Positions 47,340 through 56,340 of a stretch of 64,000 nucleotides of DNA are shown one piece after another. The position numbers and the translations under genes were made by a program. The stretch's first letter is position 1. Every line of letters begins with the position of its first letter. The notes under the pieces were generated by a model. It was not told the DNA's origin, searched no databases, and was given only the letters and a program-made list of their open reading frames with translations. Origin of the DNA: Thermoplasmata archaeon (GTDB taxonomy: Archaea > Thermoplasmatota > Thermoplasmata > Lutacidiplasmatales > UBA184); the NCBI GenBank assembly GCA_049584655.1, contig JBAUYF010000038.1, positions 5,524 through 69,523 of the forward strand, read 5' to 3'.

Positions 47340-48833
47340 CTACGATGGGTCGCCGTAGACCGTGTAGTGCCAACCTTTGCGGGCGAGCCCCGTTAGATCG
47401 ACGTAGATGTTCTTGACGACGGTGTAGTCCAATAGCGAATCGGTACCGAGGTCTTTGCCGAATCCGGATTGCTTGAATCCCCCGTGCGGCGTCTCGGAGC
47501 CGATCGGCAGGTGGTCGTTGATCCACACGTCACCGAAGCGCAGCGTATTGGCCGCTTTGAGGGCAGTCTGAACGTCCTTGGTCCAGACGCTCCCCGCCAG
47601 TCCATACTCCACCCCGTTCGCGATCTCCATCGCTTCATCGAACTTTTCGAACTCGATCACGTCGAGGACCGGCCCGAAGATCTCCTTCTGAGCGATCGCC
47701 ATATCCGGCGCCACCTCGTCGAAGACGGTCGGGGCGACGAAGGCCCCCTGCTTGCGCTTGGGTCCTCCGTCCGTTCCTCCCGTTTTGAGCTTCGCTCCCT
47801 CGCGTTTACCCGTGGTCACGAAGTCGAGCACTTTCTTCTGGTGGGTCTTGTGCACGAGCGGCCCGAGGTCGGTCTTACGGCTCATCGGATCTCCGATCCG
47901 GATCGTTTGAACGCGCTCCACCAAGTGCTTGACGAACTTGTCCCGGATCGAACGGTGCAGGATCAGTCGGGTGGCCGCCGTGCAATCCTGGCCCCCGTTC
48001 ACGTAACCTCCCACGATAGCCCCCTCGACTGCGGCGGCCAAGTCGGCCTCCGGAAAGACGACAAAGGGAGCCTTGCCGCCGAGCTCCAACTGAACGCGCT
48101 TTACGGTCTGGCTCGCGGCCTCCATGATCTTCTTGCCCGTCGCCGTGTCACCAGTCAACGACACCATGTCGACCTTGGGCGAGCGTGTGATCTCATCGCC
48201 AACTTCGCCGCCGGGTCCGGTCACGATGTTGAGGGCGCCGGGGGGTAGGCCCGCGTCGAGGAATGCCTTGCCCAGCTCGAGGGTCGAAAGCGGGGTCCAA
48301 CTCGCGGGCTTGAGCACGACGGTGTTGCCCGTCACAAGAGCGGGGCCCACCTTCCAGACGGCCATCATGAAGGGATAGTTCCAGGGCGTGATCGATCCCA
48401 CGACCCCGACCGGCTCTCGACGAAAGATCGTGGTGCCATCGCCGAGATATTCCGCGGGACTCTTCGCGTCCATCGTTCGGCCGGCCCCGGCGTAGAAAAT
48501 CAGATTGTCGATGGAACCGGGCAGGTCCACGTCCGCGGCTTGCTTGATCGTCTTGCCCTGATTCCGACTCTCGAGTTCCGCAATCGCAGCGAGGCGCTCT
48601 TGCAGCAATTGTGCGGTCTTGAGATAGACATCGCCGCGCGCCTTGGGCGTCATGCGCGGCCACGGACCGCGGTCGAACGCTTCGCGCGCCGCGTCGATCG
48701 CATTGCGGGCGTCCTCGCGATCGCCCAGAGGCACGGTCCCGATCTTACCGCCGTCGAACGGGCTGATCACGGACGAGGTCGCTTCGGAATTTGCCTCCAC
48801 CCATTCGCCTCGGATCAGCATCCGTGCCGCCAT
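47340..48833 (-). CDS. NAD(P)+-dependent aldehyde dehydrogenase (second, tandem)
   Basis: ELGGKAP and the CTAATR region. The start was moved to the ATG at 48833 (MAARMLIRGEW). The tracked ORF adds a 130-aa low-complexity extension that I reject. Confidence 0.85.
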   Translation of the reverse strand: MAARMLIRGEWVEANSEATSSVISPFDGGKIGTVPLGDREDARNAIDAAREAFDRGPWPRMTPKARGDVYLKTAQLLQERLAAIAELESRNQGKTIKQAADVDLPGSIDNLIFYAGAGRTMDAKSPAEYLGDGTTIFRREPVGVVGSITPWNYPFMMAVWKVGPALVTGNTVVLKPASWTPLSTLELGKAFLDAGLPPGALNIVTGPGGEVGDEITRSPKVDMVSLTGDTATGKKIMEAASQTVKRVQLELGGKAPFVVFPEADLAAAVEGAIVGGYVNGGQDCTAATRLILHRSIRDKFVKHLVERVQTIRIGDPMSRKTDLGPLVHKTHQKKVLDFVTTGKREGAKLKTGGTDGGPKRKQGAFVAPTVFDEVAPDMAIAQKEIFGPVLDVIEFEKFDEAMEIANGVEYGLAGSVWTKDVQTALKAANTLRFGDVWINDHLPIGSETPHGGFKQSGFGKDLGTDSLLDYTVVKNIYVDLTGLARKGWHYTVYGDPS

Positions 48834-48936
48834 GTTCGCACCCGGGTGAGCCGAGCCCGGGTGAGGTAAATATGTTGGCGATAGCCGACCGTCGGCCAAT
48901 GTGTCGTTGCCAACCGCGAGCCGGAGCGAGTGCGAC

Positions 48937-50109
48937 CTAAGCAACCGCGGCGGAGGTGCTTCCCTCGGCCGGAATCGGAGCCTTTTCGGGCTCGGGACCT
49001 TGCGCGAAGAGGGTCTCGGGCGCGATATCCGCGACTTCTTCTGCGCGGTGGCACGCAACGAGCGTAGAGGGATCGCCTGGACGAGGGCGGAGGAGGGGCT
49101 CCTCTGTCTTGCATCGGTCGATCGCGAACGGGCATCGAGCCGTGAATCGACATCCCGGGGGAGGGCGAACCAGCGTGGGAATCTCTCCGGTGATCCGGTA
49201 GCGGGCGTGACGACGGCGCACATCAGCGACCGGAAGGGCGGCGAGGAGCGCCTTGGTGTAGGGATGGGTGGGATGTTCGAGCAGCTGGTGGACCGGTCCG
49301 ACCTCGACGATCTTTCCTAGATACATCACCGCGACCCGATCGGCCACATAGCGCACGGCGGCGACGTTGTGGGTAATCAGTAGGTAGGCGAACCCGAACT
49401 CGCGCTGTAAGGTTACGAGGCGATTGAGGATCTGCGCTTGGACGGCGACATCCAGGGCGCTCGTCGGCTCGTCCAACACGATGAGCTTAGGTCGAACGGA
49501 GAGGGCGCGGGCCAGCGAAAGGCGTTGGCGACCGCCGCCCGAAAACTCGTGCGGGTACTGATCGAGGCAGTCCGGGGGTAGTCCGACCGTGGGCAAGACC
49601 TCCGATACGCGCGCACGGAGCTGACGCCGGGATAGGCGAGACCTCTTCGGCGGGCGTTCCGCCTTATGCCCGGACGAGCCCAACCGCTGTTTCATGCGCG
49701 CGGTCCAAGAGGGACGCGCCAGCTGCTCCTGCGCCCGGATCGGTTCGCTCACGATCTGCCAAACCTTGAGCCGTGGGTCGAGGGAGCCGACCGGATCCTG
49801 GAAAACGATCTGGACATTTCGTCGCCACTCGCGCAGCTTCCGACCGGAGAGCTCGCTCACGTCCCGCCCATCAAACAGAATCTCGCCGTCCGTGAGGTCG
49901 TGAAGTCGCGCGATCAGCCAGCCGAGGGTGGTTTTGCCCGAGCCGCTCTCCCCGATCAGTCCCACTGTCTCGCCGGCCTCGACCGTCAAAGAAACGTCAT
50001 CCAGTGCATGGATGGCCAGCGACTCCCGCCCCATGGCCGCATCAATAACCGATCGGGAGAGGGGAAAGTGCTTCACCGCATGTTTGACCTCGACCAGCGG
50101 TGGGCTCAT
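48937..50109 (-). CDS. Peptide/nickel-type ABC transporter ATP-binding protein (OppF/DppF-like)
   Basis: Walker A GESGSGKTT, signature FSGGGRQRL (LSGGQ) and Walker B LIVLDEPTSALD. It has the C-terminal oligopeptide-transporter domain. ATGA overlap with the upstream ATPase gene. Confidence 0.85.
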   Translation of the reverse strand: MSPPLVEVKHAVKHFPLSRSVIDAAMGRESLAIHALDDVSLTVEAGETVGLIGESGSGKTTLGWLIARLHDLTDGEILFDGRDVSELSGRKLREWRRNVQIVFQDPVGSLDPRLKVWQIVSEPIRAQEQLARPSWTARMKQRLGSSGHKAERPPKRSRLSRRQLRARVSEVLPTVGLPPDCLDQYPHEFSGGGRQRLSLARALSVRPKLIVLDEPTSALDVAVQAQILNRLVTLQREFGFAYLLITHNVAAVRYVADRVAVMYLGKIVEVGPVHQLLEHPTHPYTKALLAALPVADVRRRHARYRITGEIPTLVRPPPGCRFTARCPFAIDRCKTEEPLLRPRPGDPSTLVACHRAEEVADIAPETLFAQGPEPEKAPIPAEGSTSAAVA

Positions 50110-51320
50110 AGCTCCGGGACCCCCTCCGCAAAGTAGCACGCCGAGGCGTGCGTGCTGCCCGCCGGACGCCGGCGAAGGGGCTCCATCGGCGGACCTGGAT
50201 CCACCTTACACTTTTCCCGAGCCAGGACGCACCGAGGGGCGAAGTTGCACCCCGTCGGAAGTCGCGAGAGATTCGGAACCGTTCCCGCAAGGGAAGGGAG
50301 CGGGCCGTCTGACTTGTACCGGTTCGGGACCGACCGGAGTAGCGCCTTCGTGTAGGGGTGACCCGGGCTCTCGAACACCTCCGCGACAGGGCCGAATTCG
50401 ACGAGATGGCCGGCGTACATGACGCCGACATCGTCCGCGATCTCGGCGATCACGCCCAAGTCGTGGCTAATGAAGAGGATCGAAGTGTGGACCTCGTCGA
50501 TCAGTTCTTTCATCAACGTGAGCACTTGCGCCTGGATGGTCACGTCCAGCGCGCTGGTTGGCTCGTCGGCGACGAGGAGCTCGGGTTTTTCGGAAAGGGC
50601 CATCGCAATCATGATGCGCTGTCGCATCCCGCCCGACAGCTCGTGCGGATACAGCCGAAGGATCGTCTCGGGGTCGTTGATCCGGACCAACCGAAGATAT
50701 TCGAGCACTTCCTCCTTGATGCTCTCGGGCGGATCGGGGATCGTACGTCGTTTGGCGCCCTCGCTCGTGGCCGCTGCCGGTAGGAACGGATGGGCGAGGA
50801 TCTCCCCGGTAGGTGGGAGTTGCCTTCGCGAGTAATCGAATGCCTTGAGCTCAGGCCCGAGGTCAGGCATATTGCCGGCTTCCCGTCGGCGCCGGACTCG
50901 GACCGCCTCGGCCACTTGGTCGAGGATGCGGTAGGCCGGATTCAGCGAGTTCGTGGGCTCCTGGAAGATCATCCCGATTCCGGTACCCCGGACGTAGGGC
51001 ACCTTCCATTTGGGGATCGACAACAGGTCGACACCGCGAAACTCGATCTTGCCCGACAAGGTCTTCGCGGGCGGTTCGGGCAATAGACGCGGGATGGAGT
51101 GGCCGAGCGTGCTCTTTCCGCATCCGGTTTCCCCGACGATCCCAACCACTCGGCCGGGCGGGACTTCGAAGGAAACGTTGTCGAGCGCGCGAAACGTACC
51201 GGAACCGACCGTATACTGAACCGAGAGGCCCTCGACGCGCAGCGCCAGCTCGCTCCCGGGCCGGTCCGAAAGGAAGGAGGCCTGGGGAAGATCCGGCGCG
51301 GAAGCCGCCGGTGATTGCAC
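50106..51320 (-). CDS. Peptide/nickel-type ABC transporter ATP-binding protein (OppD/DppD-like)
   Basis: Walker A GETGCGKST, signature LSGGMRQRI and Walker B LLVADEPTSALD. Confidence 0.85.
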   Translation of the reverse strand: MQSPAASAPDLPQASFLSDRPGSELALRVEGLSVQYTVGSGTFRALDNVSFEVPPGRVVGIVGETGCGKSTLGHSIPRLLPEPPAKTLSGKIEFRGVDLLSIPKWKVPYVRGTGIGMIFQEPTNSLNPAYRILDQVAEAVRVRRRREAGNMPDLGPELKAFDYSRRQLPPTGEILAHPFLPAAATSEGAKRRTIPDPPESIKEEVLEYLRLVRINDPETILRLYPHELSGGMRQRIMIAMALSEKPELLVADEPTSALDVTIQAQVLTLMKELIDEVHTSILFISHDLGVIAEIADDVGVMYAGHLVEFGPVAEVFESPGHPYTKALLRSVPNRYKSDGPLPSLAGTVPNLSRLPTGCNFAPRCVLAREKCKVDPGPPMEPLRRRPAGSTHASACYFAEGVPEL

Positions 51321-51400
51321 GCCGCATTGAACGGTCCGCCCTACTAATAAGTGCCGAAATCGAGCATGGAGGCCCCCCGAGGCTCAGGAGCCCCGGAGCG

Positions 51401-53146
51401 TCAGGGAAGGTAGTCGCGGGGGAGGGTGCGAAGCTCAGTGAACACTTCGTGGAGGATGCCGATGAACTGCTCGACGTCCTTCTCCGTATGCGCGGTCGAG
51501 AACGTGATCCGCTCGTAGTTATCGGGATGGATGTACACCCCTCGATCGAGCAAGAGCTGGTGATTGCGCAGGAACAGATTCCAGTCGATTTGCAGCGATT
51601 CGCGGTAGTTGGAGATCTTTTTCCGACGCGTGAAGAAGAACTGGAGCATGCCGTTCACGGACTGGACCAGCACCGAGATTTTCGCATCCCGACCGGCGGA
51701 CTCGATCCCCCTCTCCATCTGTGTGGTCAATCGCCCGAACCGCTCGTAGAGCTCGTCTCCTCCACGCGCGAGGATCTTGAGATTCGCGAGGGCCACCGCC
51801 AGCGAGAGATTGTTCGCGAAGTAGGTGCCTCCGAAGGAGATACGGCCTGGAGAGATCGAGTCCATGTACTCGGCTTTACCGGAAACCGCAGAGATCGTGA
51901 CGCCCCCTCCCAAGGCTTTGGCCCAGCACGACAGGTCCGGTTGGACCTTGTAGAGCTGCTGTGCCCCTCCGGGAGCTACGCGGAATCCGGTGAACACTTC
52001 ATCGAAGATCAGCAAGAGTTCGTTCTCGTGCGCGATCTCTCGAAGTCGTTTCAAGTAATCCGGCGCGGGCGCAATGACGCCGGCGTTGGCCATGATCGGC
52101 TCCAGGATGACAGCGGCCAGCCGGTCCCGGTACCGTTTGACCATACGCTCGAACGCTGGGATCGAATTGTACGGAGCGACCATGACGTAGTCCGTCACCC
52201 CGGGGGGAATCCCCGCCGAGTTCGGAAGCGGACGCGGATACTCGTCCAGCCCGGCCACGATCGGCGGCGCCTCCGCGCTAATCAGGGCATAGTCGTGTTG
52301 TCCGTGGTAGTGACCTTCGAACTTGAGAATCGCATCTTTCCCAGTGACGGCCCGCGAGATGCGGATCGCATTCATCGTCGCGTCCGAGCCGTTCGAGCAG
52401 AAGGCGACCCGCTCCGAGTTGGGAACCAGCTTGTGGAACATCTTCGCGACTTCGATCTCGAGTTCGGTCGGCGCCGCAAAATGGAGTCCGAGCTCCGCGG
52501 CATGCTCGACCGCCTTGACCATCTCGGGGTGGGCATGCCCGTTGATAAGGCAGCCGTAAGCGAGATTGAAATCGAGGTACTCGTTGTCGTCGACATCCCA
52601 GATTCGAGCGCCCTTACCCCGCGCGATGAACGGGGGAACTGGGTCGTAGGAAGCCACTCGAATGAGCGAGCTCGAGGAGTTCGGAATGTACTTCTTGCCT
52701 TCCTCGAAGAGCTTCGCACTCTTCTTGAGTTTCGGTACCAGCCGTGCGATCGGGATGGGAAGCGGGATCACCTCCTCTTCGGCCGATTCCTTGGCTTCCT
52801 TCGCCTCTTTTGACTCCTTGGCTTCCTTGGAATCACGCGCCTCCTTAGCCTCCTTAGCCTCCTTGGCCTCGGTAGCGTCCTTCGATTCCTTGGAATCCCG
52901 TGGCTCCTTCTCTTTCTCCTTCTCTCTCTCTTTCTCTTTCTCTGACTCGCGCTTGTCGCGTTCCTCTGACGCGGGCGAGCGCGTGGTCGGGACGATCGCT
53001 ACCGAGGAGCTATCGGTTTTCTTGACCGCGCTGCCCTCGGCACTCAAACGGTCGGGGAAGGGAGAATCCGGGTAGGTTGAGGTCGGAGGTACCTCCAAAC
53101 CGAGCCTCGTCGGCCGATCCGGAGGGGCGGCGTCTCTCTCCGCCAT
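51401..53146 (-). CDS. Class III aminotransferase of the glutamate-1-semialdehyde aminomutase (HemL)-like subfamily with an approximately 120-aa K/E-rich N-terminal extension
   Basis: The core (...KLFEEGKKYIPNSSSSLIRVASYDPVPPFIARGKGARIWDVDDNEYLDF...GHYHGQ...PLP-Lys) matches GSA-AM-like transaminases. There is no ATG between the repeat region and the conserved core. The extension is in frame and free of stops. Confidence 0.7.
   Translation of the reverse strand: MAERDAAPPDRPTRLGLEVPPTSTYPDSPFPDRLSAEGSAVKKTDSSSVAIVPTTRSPASEERDKRESEKEKEREKEKEKEPRDSKESKDATEAKEAKEAKEARDSKEAKESKEAKEAKESAEEEVIPLPIPIARLVPKLKKSAKLFEEGKKYIPNSSSSLIRVASYDPVPPFIARGKGARIWDVDDNEYLDFNLAYGCLINGHAHPEMVKAVEHAAELGLHFAAPTELEIEVAKMFHKLVPNSERVAFCSNGSDATMNAIRISRAVTGKDAILKFEGHYHGQHDYALISAEAPPIVAGLDEYPRPLPNSAGIPPGVTDYVMVAPYNSIPAFERMVKRYRDRLAAVILEPIMANAGVIAPAPDYLKRLREIAHENELLLIFDEVFTGFRVAPGGAQQLYKVQPDLSCWAKALGGGVTISAVSGKAEYMDSISPGRISFGGTYFANNLSLAVALANLKILARGGDELYERFGRLTTQMERGIESAGRDAKISVLVQSVNGMLQFFFTRRKKISNYRESLQIDWNLFLRNHQLLLDRGVYIHPDNYERITFSTAHTEKDVEQFIGILHEVFTELRTLPRDYLP
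52795..52970 (-). repeat. Tandem low-complexity repeat (CTCCTT/AGCCTCCTT units on the plus strand), encoding KEKEREKEKEKE...EAKEAKEAKEARDSKEAKESKEAKEAKE
   Basis: Short purine-rich units are visibly repeated on the coding strand. Both strands stay open across the repeat. Confidence 0.6.
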
Positions 53147-53429
53147 AAAAACATAATCCTAAGTGGTTCGGGCAGCCGGAACGGCCTATATATATTTGGC
53201 GTGAGGGGAGAATGCGATTTTGTTCTCATATATAGTACACCAACGCGCAATCATTCGTAAGTAAATCGCGATATTTTCAGCATTATTGCCTACTAAAGCA
53301 CTAAAATATACCCAAAAGAACCCAAAACTGGCTGTCTACCTGACGGCTCTGCGCCGACTTCGCAGCGGAAGGTGACGCAACCGACGGCTCCCGCGGGGGG
53401 AGTCTGCGAGGTCGTCCCATAGGAGCTTC
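53147..53429. promoter_or_regulatory. AT-rich island (about 280 bp) inside an otherwise GC-rich operon, with multiple TATA-like boxes
   Basis: CCTATATATATTTGG (53185-53199), CTCATATATAGTAC (53227-53240), GCGATATTTT and GCGATTTTGT motifs, and CTAAAATATACCC. No ORF. Lies between the cupin gene and the hemL-like gene. Confidence 0.5.
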
Positions 53430-53762
53430 TTAGTCGCTAACTTGCTCCGCGGGCGCGAAGAAGACCAGGAGACGAAGTTCCTCCTCGATGGAGTGAAAAT
53501 GGTGCTCCCGGTGAGCTGGGACGTATAGGACCGAACCCATCGTCACAGCGCTATCCTCCGCGCCACATCGGAACCGGCCGCGGCCGGCGAGGACGTAATA
53601 GACCTCGTCCTCCGCGTGCGGGGATTGGGAGTCCGTCACCCCCGCGGGAAGTCGATAGACTCCCGCGCTCAACGTAGGAACCCGCAAGAATTCGAAGTAC
53701 CGATCCCGTTTTTGGTGCTGCGCATCGAACAGCTGGTGCAAGTCCCACCGCTCTGCCGTCAT
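53430..53762 (-). CDS. Cupin domain protein (111 aa)
   Basis: ...PHAEDEVYYVLAGRGRFRCGAED...GSVLYVPAHREHHFHS is a cupin two-motif signature. The ATG at 53762 was chosen. The tracked ORF extends into the amine oxidase gene. Confidence 0.6.
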   Translation of the reverse strand: MTAERWDLHQLFDAQHQKRDRYFEFLRVPTLSAGVYRLPAGVTDSQSPHAEDEVYYVLAGRGRFRCGAEDSAVTMGSVLYVPAHREHHFHSIEEELRLLVFFAPAEQVSD

Positions 53763-53818
53763 GGGGCGCCGATGCACCGTAGGGGGATGACTCCTTGGCC
53801 CGTCGCTTTCCCTTCGAA

Positions 53819-55177
53819 TTATTGGGCCGAGGAGGATTTGTTCGGGAAAGCCCGCAAAGCCTCCTCGGCAGCTCGATATCCAGTCTCGATCGCCCCATGC
53901 ACGGTGCTGGCTGCTCCGCTGGAATGCGTGGCTTCTCCGGCAAAGAAAACACGGCCGTCTTCGGGCACGGATAGATCTCGTCGGTCCTGGAGTCCCACCC
54001 CCGGGGGAAGATACGAGTAAGCCCCCACGGCAAATGGGTCGAAGGGCCACCGGTGGACGGCCGTCCCGAGGGCGGGACCCACGCGGCTCCCCGCGGGAAG
54101 GATCGACTCCAATTCCGCAATCGTCGCTTCCAATAGAGGGCTGTCTTCCCACGAGGCCCTGCGACGCGCCTCCCGGCCCACGGTGAAGGCCGTGTAGACC
54201 TCTTGGGCCTCGCCGAGCCCGACGCGGGGGCGCAGGAACGAGGAAGCGCCGTCCCCCCAGATCATCGAGAAGTCGCCCCATCGGTCCCGAAGCGGGTGGT
54301 CAGCAGTCCAGAAATGGACCGCGATAGCGTCGCCCATCGCGATCCGGTCGATCGCGCGCCGCTTCACCTCAGAGAGCGGCGGATCAAACGCGATCATTCC
54401 CGCTCGTAAGACTCCCAACGGCACAGTCACGATCACCGCGGTCGCGCCCAACTCGAAGGACTGCCCATCGGTCGGTCGCTCCCACCGTACGCGGATCGTC
54501 GGCTCCCGAAAATCGATGCGCCGCACGACCGCCCCGGTCTGGATCCATGGGCGAAGCGAATCGGCACGTCGGCGCATCAACTCGGAGTACCCTTCGCGCA
54601 ACTGGAAGTTCGTAAAGCCAAACTTCTCCGAGGCCGCGCGCTCCTCTTCAAGGGGTCCTCGCACTCCGATAGCGTCCGCATCCGCGGCGTACACATGGGC
54701 GAACATCAGGTCGACCAAAGATCGCGCGGCCACTCCCGTGCGGGCCTCAGTGAGCCAACTGGCCAGCGGCAGATCGGTCCCTGCGTACGCGTCCAGTCGG
54801 CGAGGAATGAGGATGCCACCCTCGAGGGTTGCCCGCGTGCCGAACACTGGATGGAAGGGGAACGCCATCCACGGCATTCGGGCAACCCTCCGACCGACGG
54901 CAAACCGGCCTTTCTGCATCAAGGGCAGCGGGCGCACCGAGAGGCCCGTCTCCTGAATCCAGGCGTGGGTCGCCACAGATCGGCCGTGCACCATCTGGGC
55001 TCCCAATTCGAGCGGGCACGACGGGCCACGGGAGTAATCCGTGAAGGCGCGCCCGCCGATCCGGTCGCGACCTTCGAGCACGCGAATACTCCGGCCCGCA
55101 CGCAACAGCCGCTCGGCGGCGGCAATCCCCGCGGCGCCGGCCCCGACGACGATCACGTCGTAGCGAAGTCGGTTCAT
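53819..55177 (-). CDS. Flavin-containing amine oxidase (polyamine/putrescine/monoamine oxidase family)
   Basis: N-terminal dinucleotide fold YDVIVVGAGAAGIAAAERLLRAGRSIRVLEGRDRIGGRA. 452 aa. ATGA overlap with the upstream permease gene. Confidence 0.85.
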   Translation of the reverse strand: MNRLRYDVIVVGAGAAGIAAAERLLRAGRSIRVLEGRDRIGGRAFTDYSRGPSCPLELGAQMVHGRSVATHAWIQETGLSVRPLPLMQKGRFAVGRRVARMPWMAFPFHPVFGTRATLEGGILIPRRLDAYAGTDLPLASWLTEARTGVAARSLVDLMFAHVYAADADAIGVRGPLEEERAASEKFGFTNFQLREGYSELMRRRADSLRPWIQTGAVVRRIDFREPTIRVRWERPTDGQSFELGATAVIVTVPLGVLRAGMIAFDPPLSEVKRRAIDRIAMGDAIAVHFWTADHPLRDRWGDFSMIWGDGASSFLRPRVGLGEAQEVYTAFTVGREARRRASWEDSPLLEATIAELESILPAGSRVGPALGTAVHRWPFDPFAVGAYSYLPPGVGLQDRRDLSVPEDGRVFFAGEATHSSGAASTVHGAIETGYRAAEEALRAFPNKSSSAQ

Positions 55178-56340
55178 TCCGGCGCAACATTTGGGATTGG
55201 CGTCGCAGGGGCTTCTTCCGGCAGCCGAGTATCAGTATCTGCGGCTGACAAAGCCCGTCGCGTCCGCGGGTCGAGCACGTCCCGCAACCCGTCGCCGAGG
55301 AGGCTGAAGGCGAGCACGCTGATGAAAATCGCGAGCCCGGGAGCCGCGATCGTCCAGGGGTACGTCAGGAGAAAACCGGCCGTCTGGTAGTACTGTACCA
55401 TCGACCCCCACTCGGGAACGGACGAGTTCGGGCCCACGCCGACGAACGAGATTGTCGAGAACGTGACGAGGACCGAGCCGATATCCAGGGTAAAGTACAC
55501 GACGATCGGCTCGACGATATTTCGGAGCACGTGCCGGGTCAGGATCCGCGTGTCACTGACGCCGGCGGCACGCGCCGCGACCACGTAGGGTTGGTACTTG
55601 ATCGCCAGGACCTCCCCGCGGACGAGCCGAACGTAGTACGGCCACCACGTCAGGAGGAGCGAAAGATAGCCGGCGCCTAGGCCCCGCCCGAAGATCGCTG
55701 CCAGCGCCAGCGCCAGTACGAGGCTCGGGAACGCGAGAAACACATCCGTAACGCGCAAGATGGTCGCGGAAAGGATGCGGCGCCAAGGGCCGGGTGAATC
55801 CCAGTATCCCGAGACCAAGCCTAATCCGCCACCGATCAACAGCGAGATTCCCGTAATCGAGATCCCGATCCCGAGGTCGAGCGGGGCCGCGTAGAGCGTC
55901 CGCGAGAAGATGTCGCGCCCGAGATTATCAGTCCCGAACCAGTGCTGCCAGGAGGGCGGCTGCGGGGCGGTCGTGGGGCTGATCTGGTTCGGCCCGTAGG
56001 GCAGGACCGAATACGACATCCGGAAGAGCTGCGGGAAGGCGACGGTATGACCGAAAAGGTGGAAGAGGACGATTGGTTGGGCAAAGAACCCCGTAAACGT
56101 CGGGACGACCCAGATGATGAATGCGCCGCCGGTGATGAGGACGACGAGAATGAACCCGACGAGCGACAGCACGTTGGCCCGGAGCACTTGGATGAGGCGG
56201 ACGACGCCTCGATACGCGCGATAGGACGTCGATCGGCGGGACCAACGCCGGGTAGGTGGAACTGGAGACGATTCCGCCGGCACCGGACTCGCAGCCTCAG
56301 ATTCCGAAATGGTGGGCGTGGGCGCGGAGTCGTCGCTCAT
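55174..56340 (-). CDS. Peptide/nickel-type ABC transporter permease (OppC/DppC-like)
   Basis: 388 aa with 6 TM helices and a BPD-transporter EAA-like loop. It directly follows the oppB-like gene with no gap. Confidence 0.85.
   Translation of the reverse strand: MSDDSAPTPTISESEAASPVPAESSPVPPTRRWSRRSTSYRAYRGVVRLIQVLRANVLSLVGFILVVLITGGAFIIWVVPTFTGFFAQPIVLFHLFGHTVAFPQLFRMSYSVLPYGPNQISPTTAPQPPSWQHWFGTDNLGRDIFSRTLYAAPLDLGIGISITGISLLIGGGLGLVSGYWDSPGPWRRILSATILRVTDVFLAFPSLVLALALAAIFGRGLGAGYLSLLLTWWPYYVRLVRGEVLAIKYQPYVVAARAAGVSDTRILTRHVLRNIVEPIVVYFTLDIGSVLVTFSTISFVGVGPNSSVPEWGSMVQYYQTAGFLLTYPWTIAAPGLAIFISVLAFSLLGDGLRDVLDPRTRRALSAADTDTRLPEEAPATPIPNVAPE

Noticed and set aside
48834-49223. 130-aa N-terminal extension of the second aldehyde dehydrogenase ORF
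   Set aside because: It is low complexity and overlaps the oppF-like gene end. The conserved ALDH N-terminus begins at the ATG at 48833.
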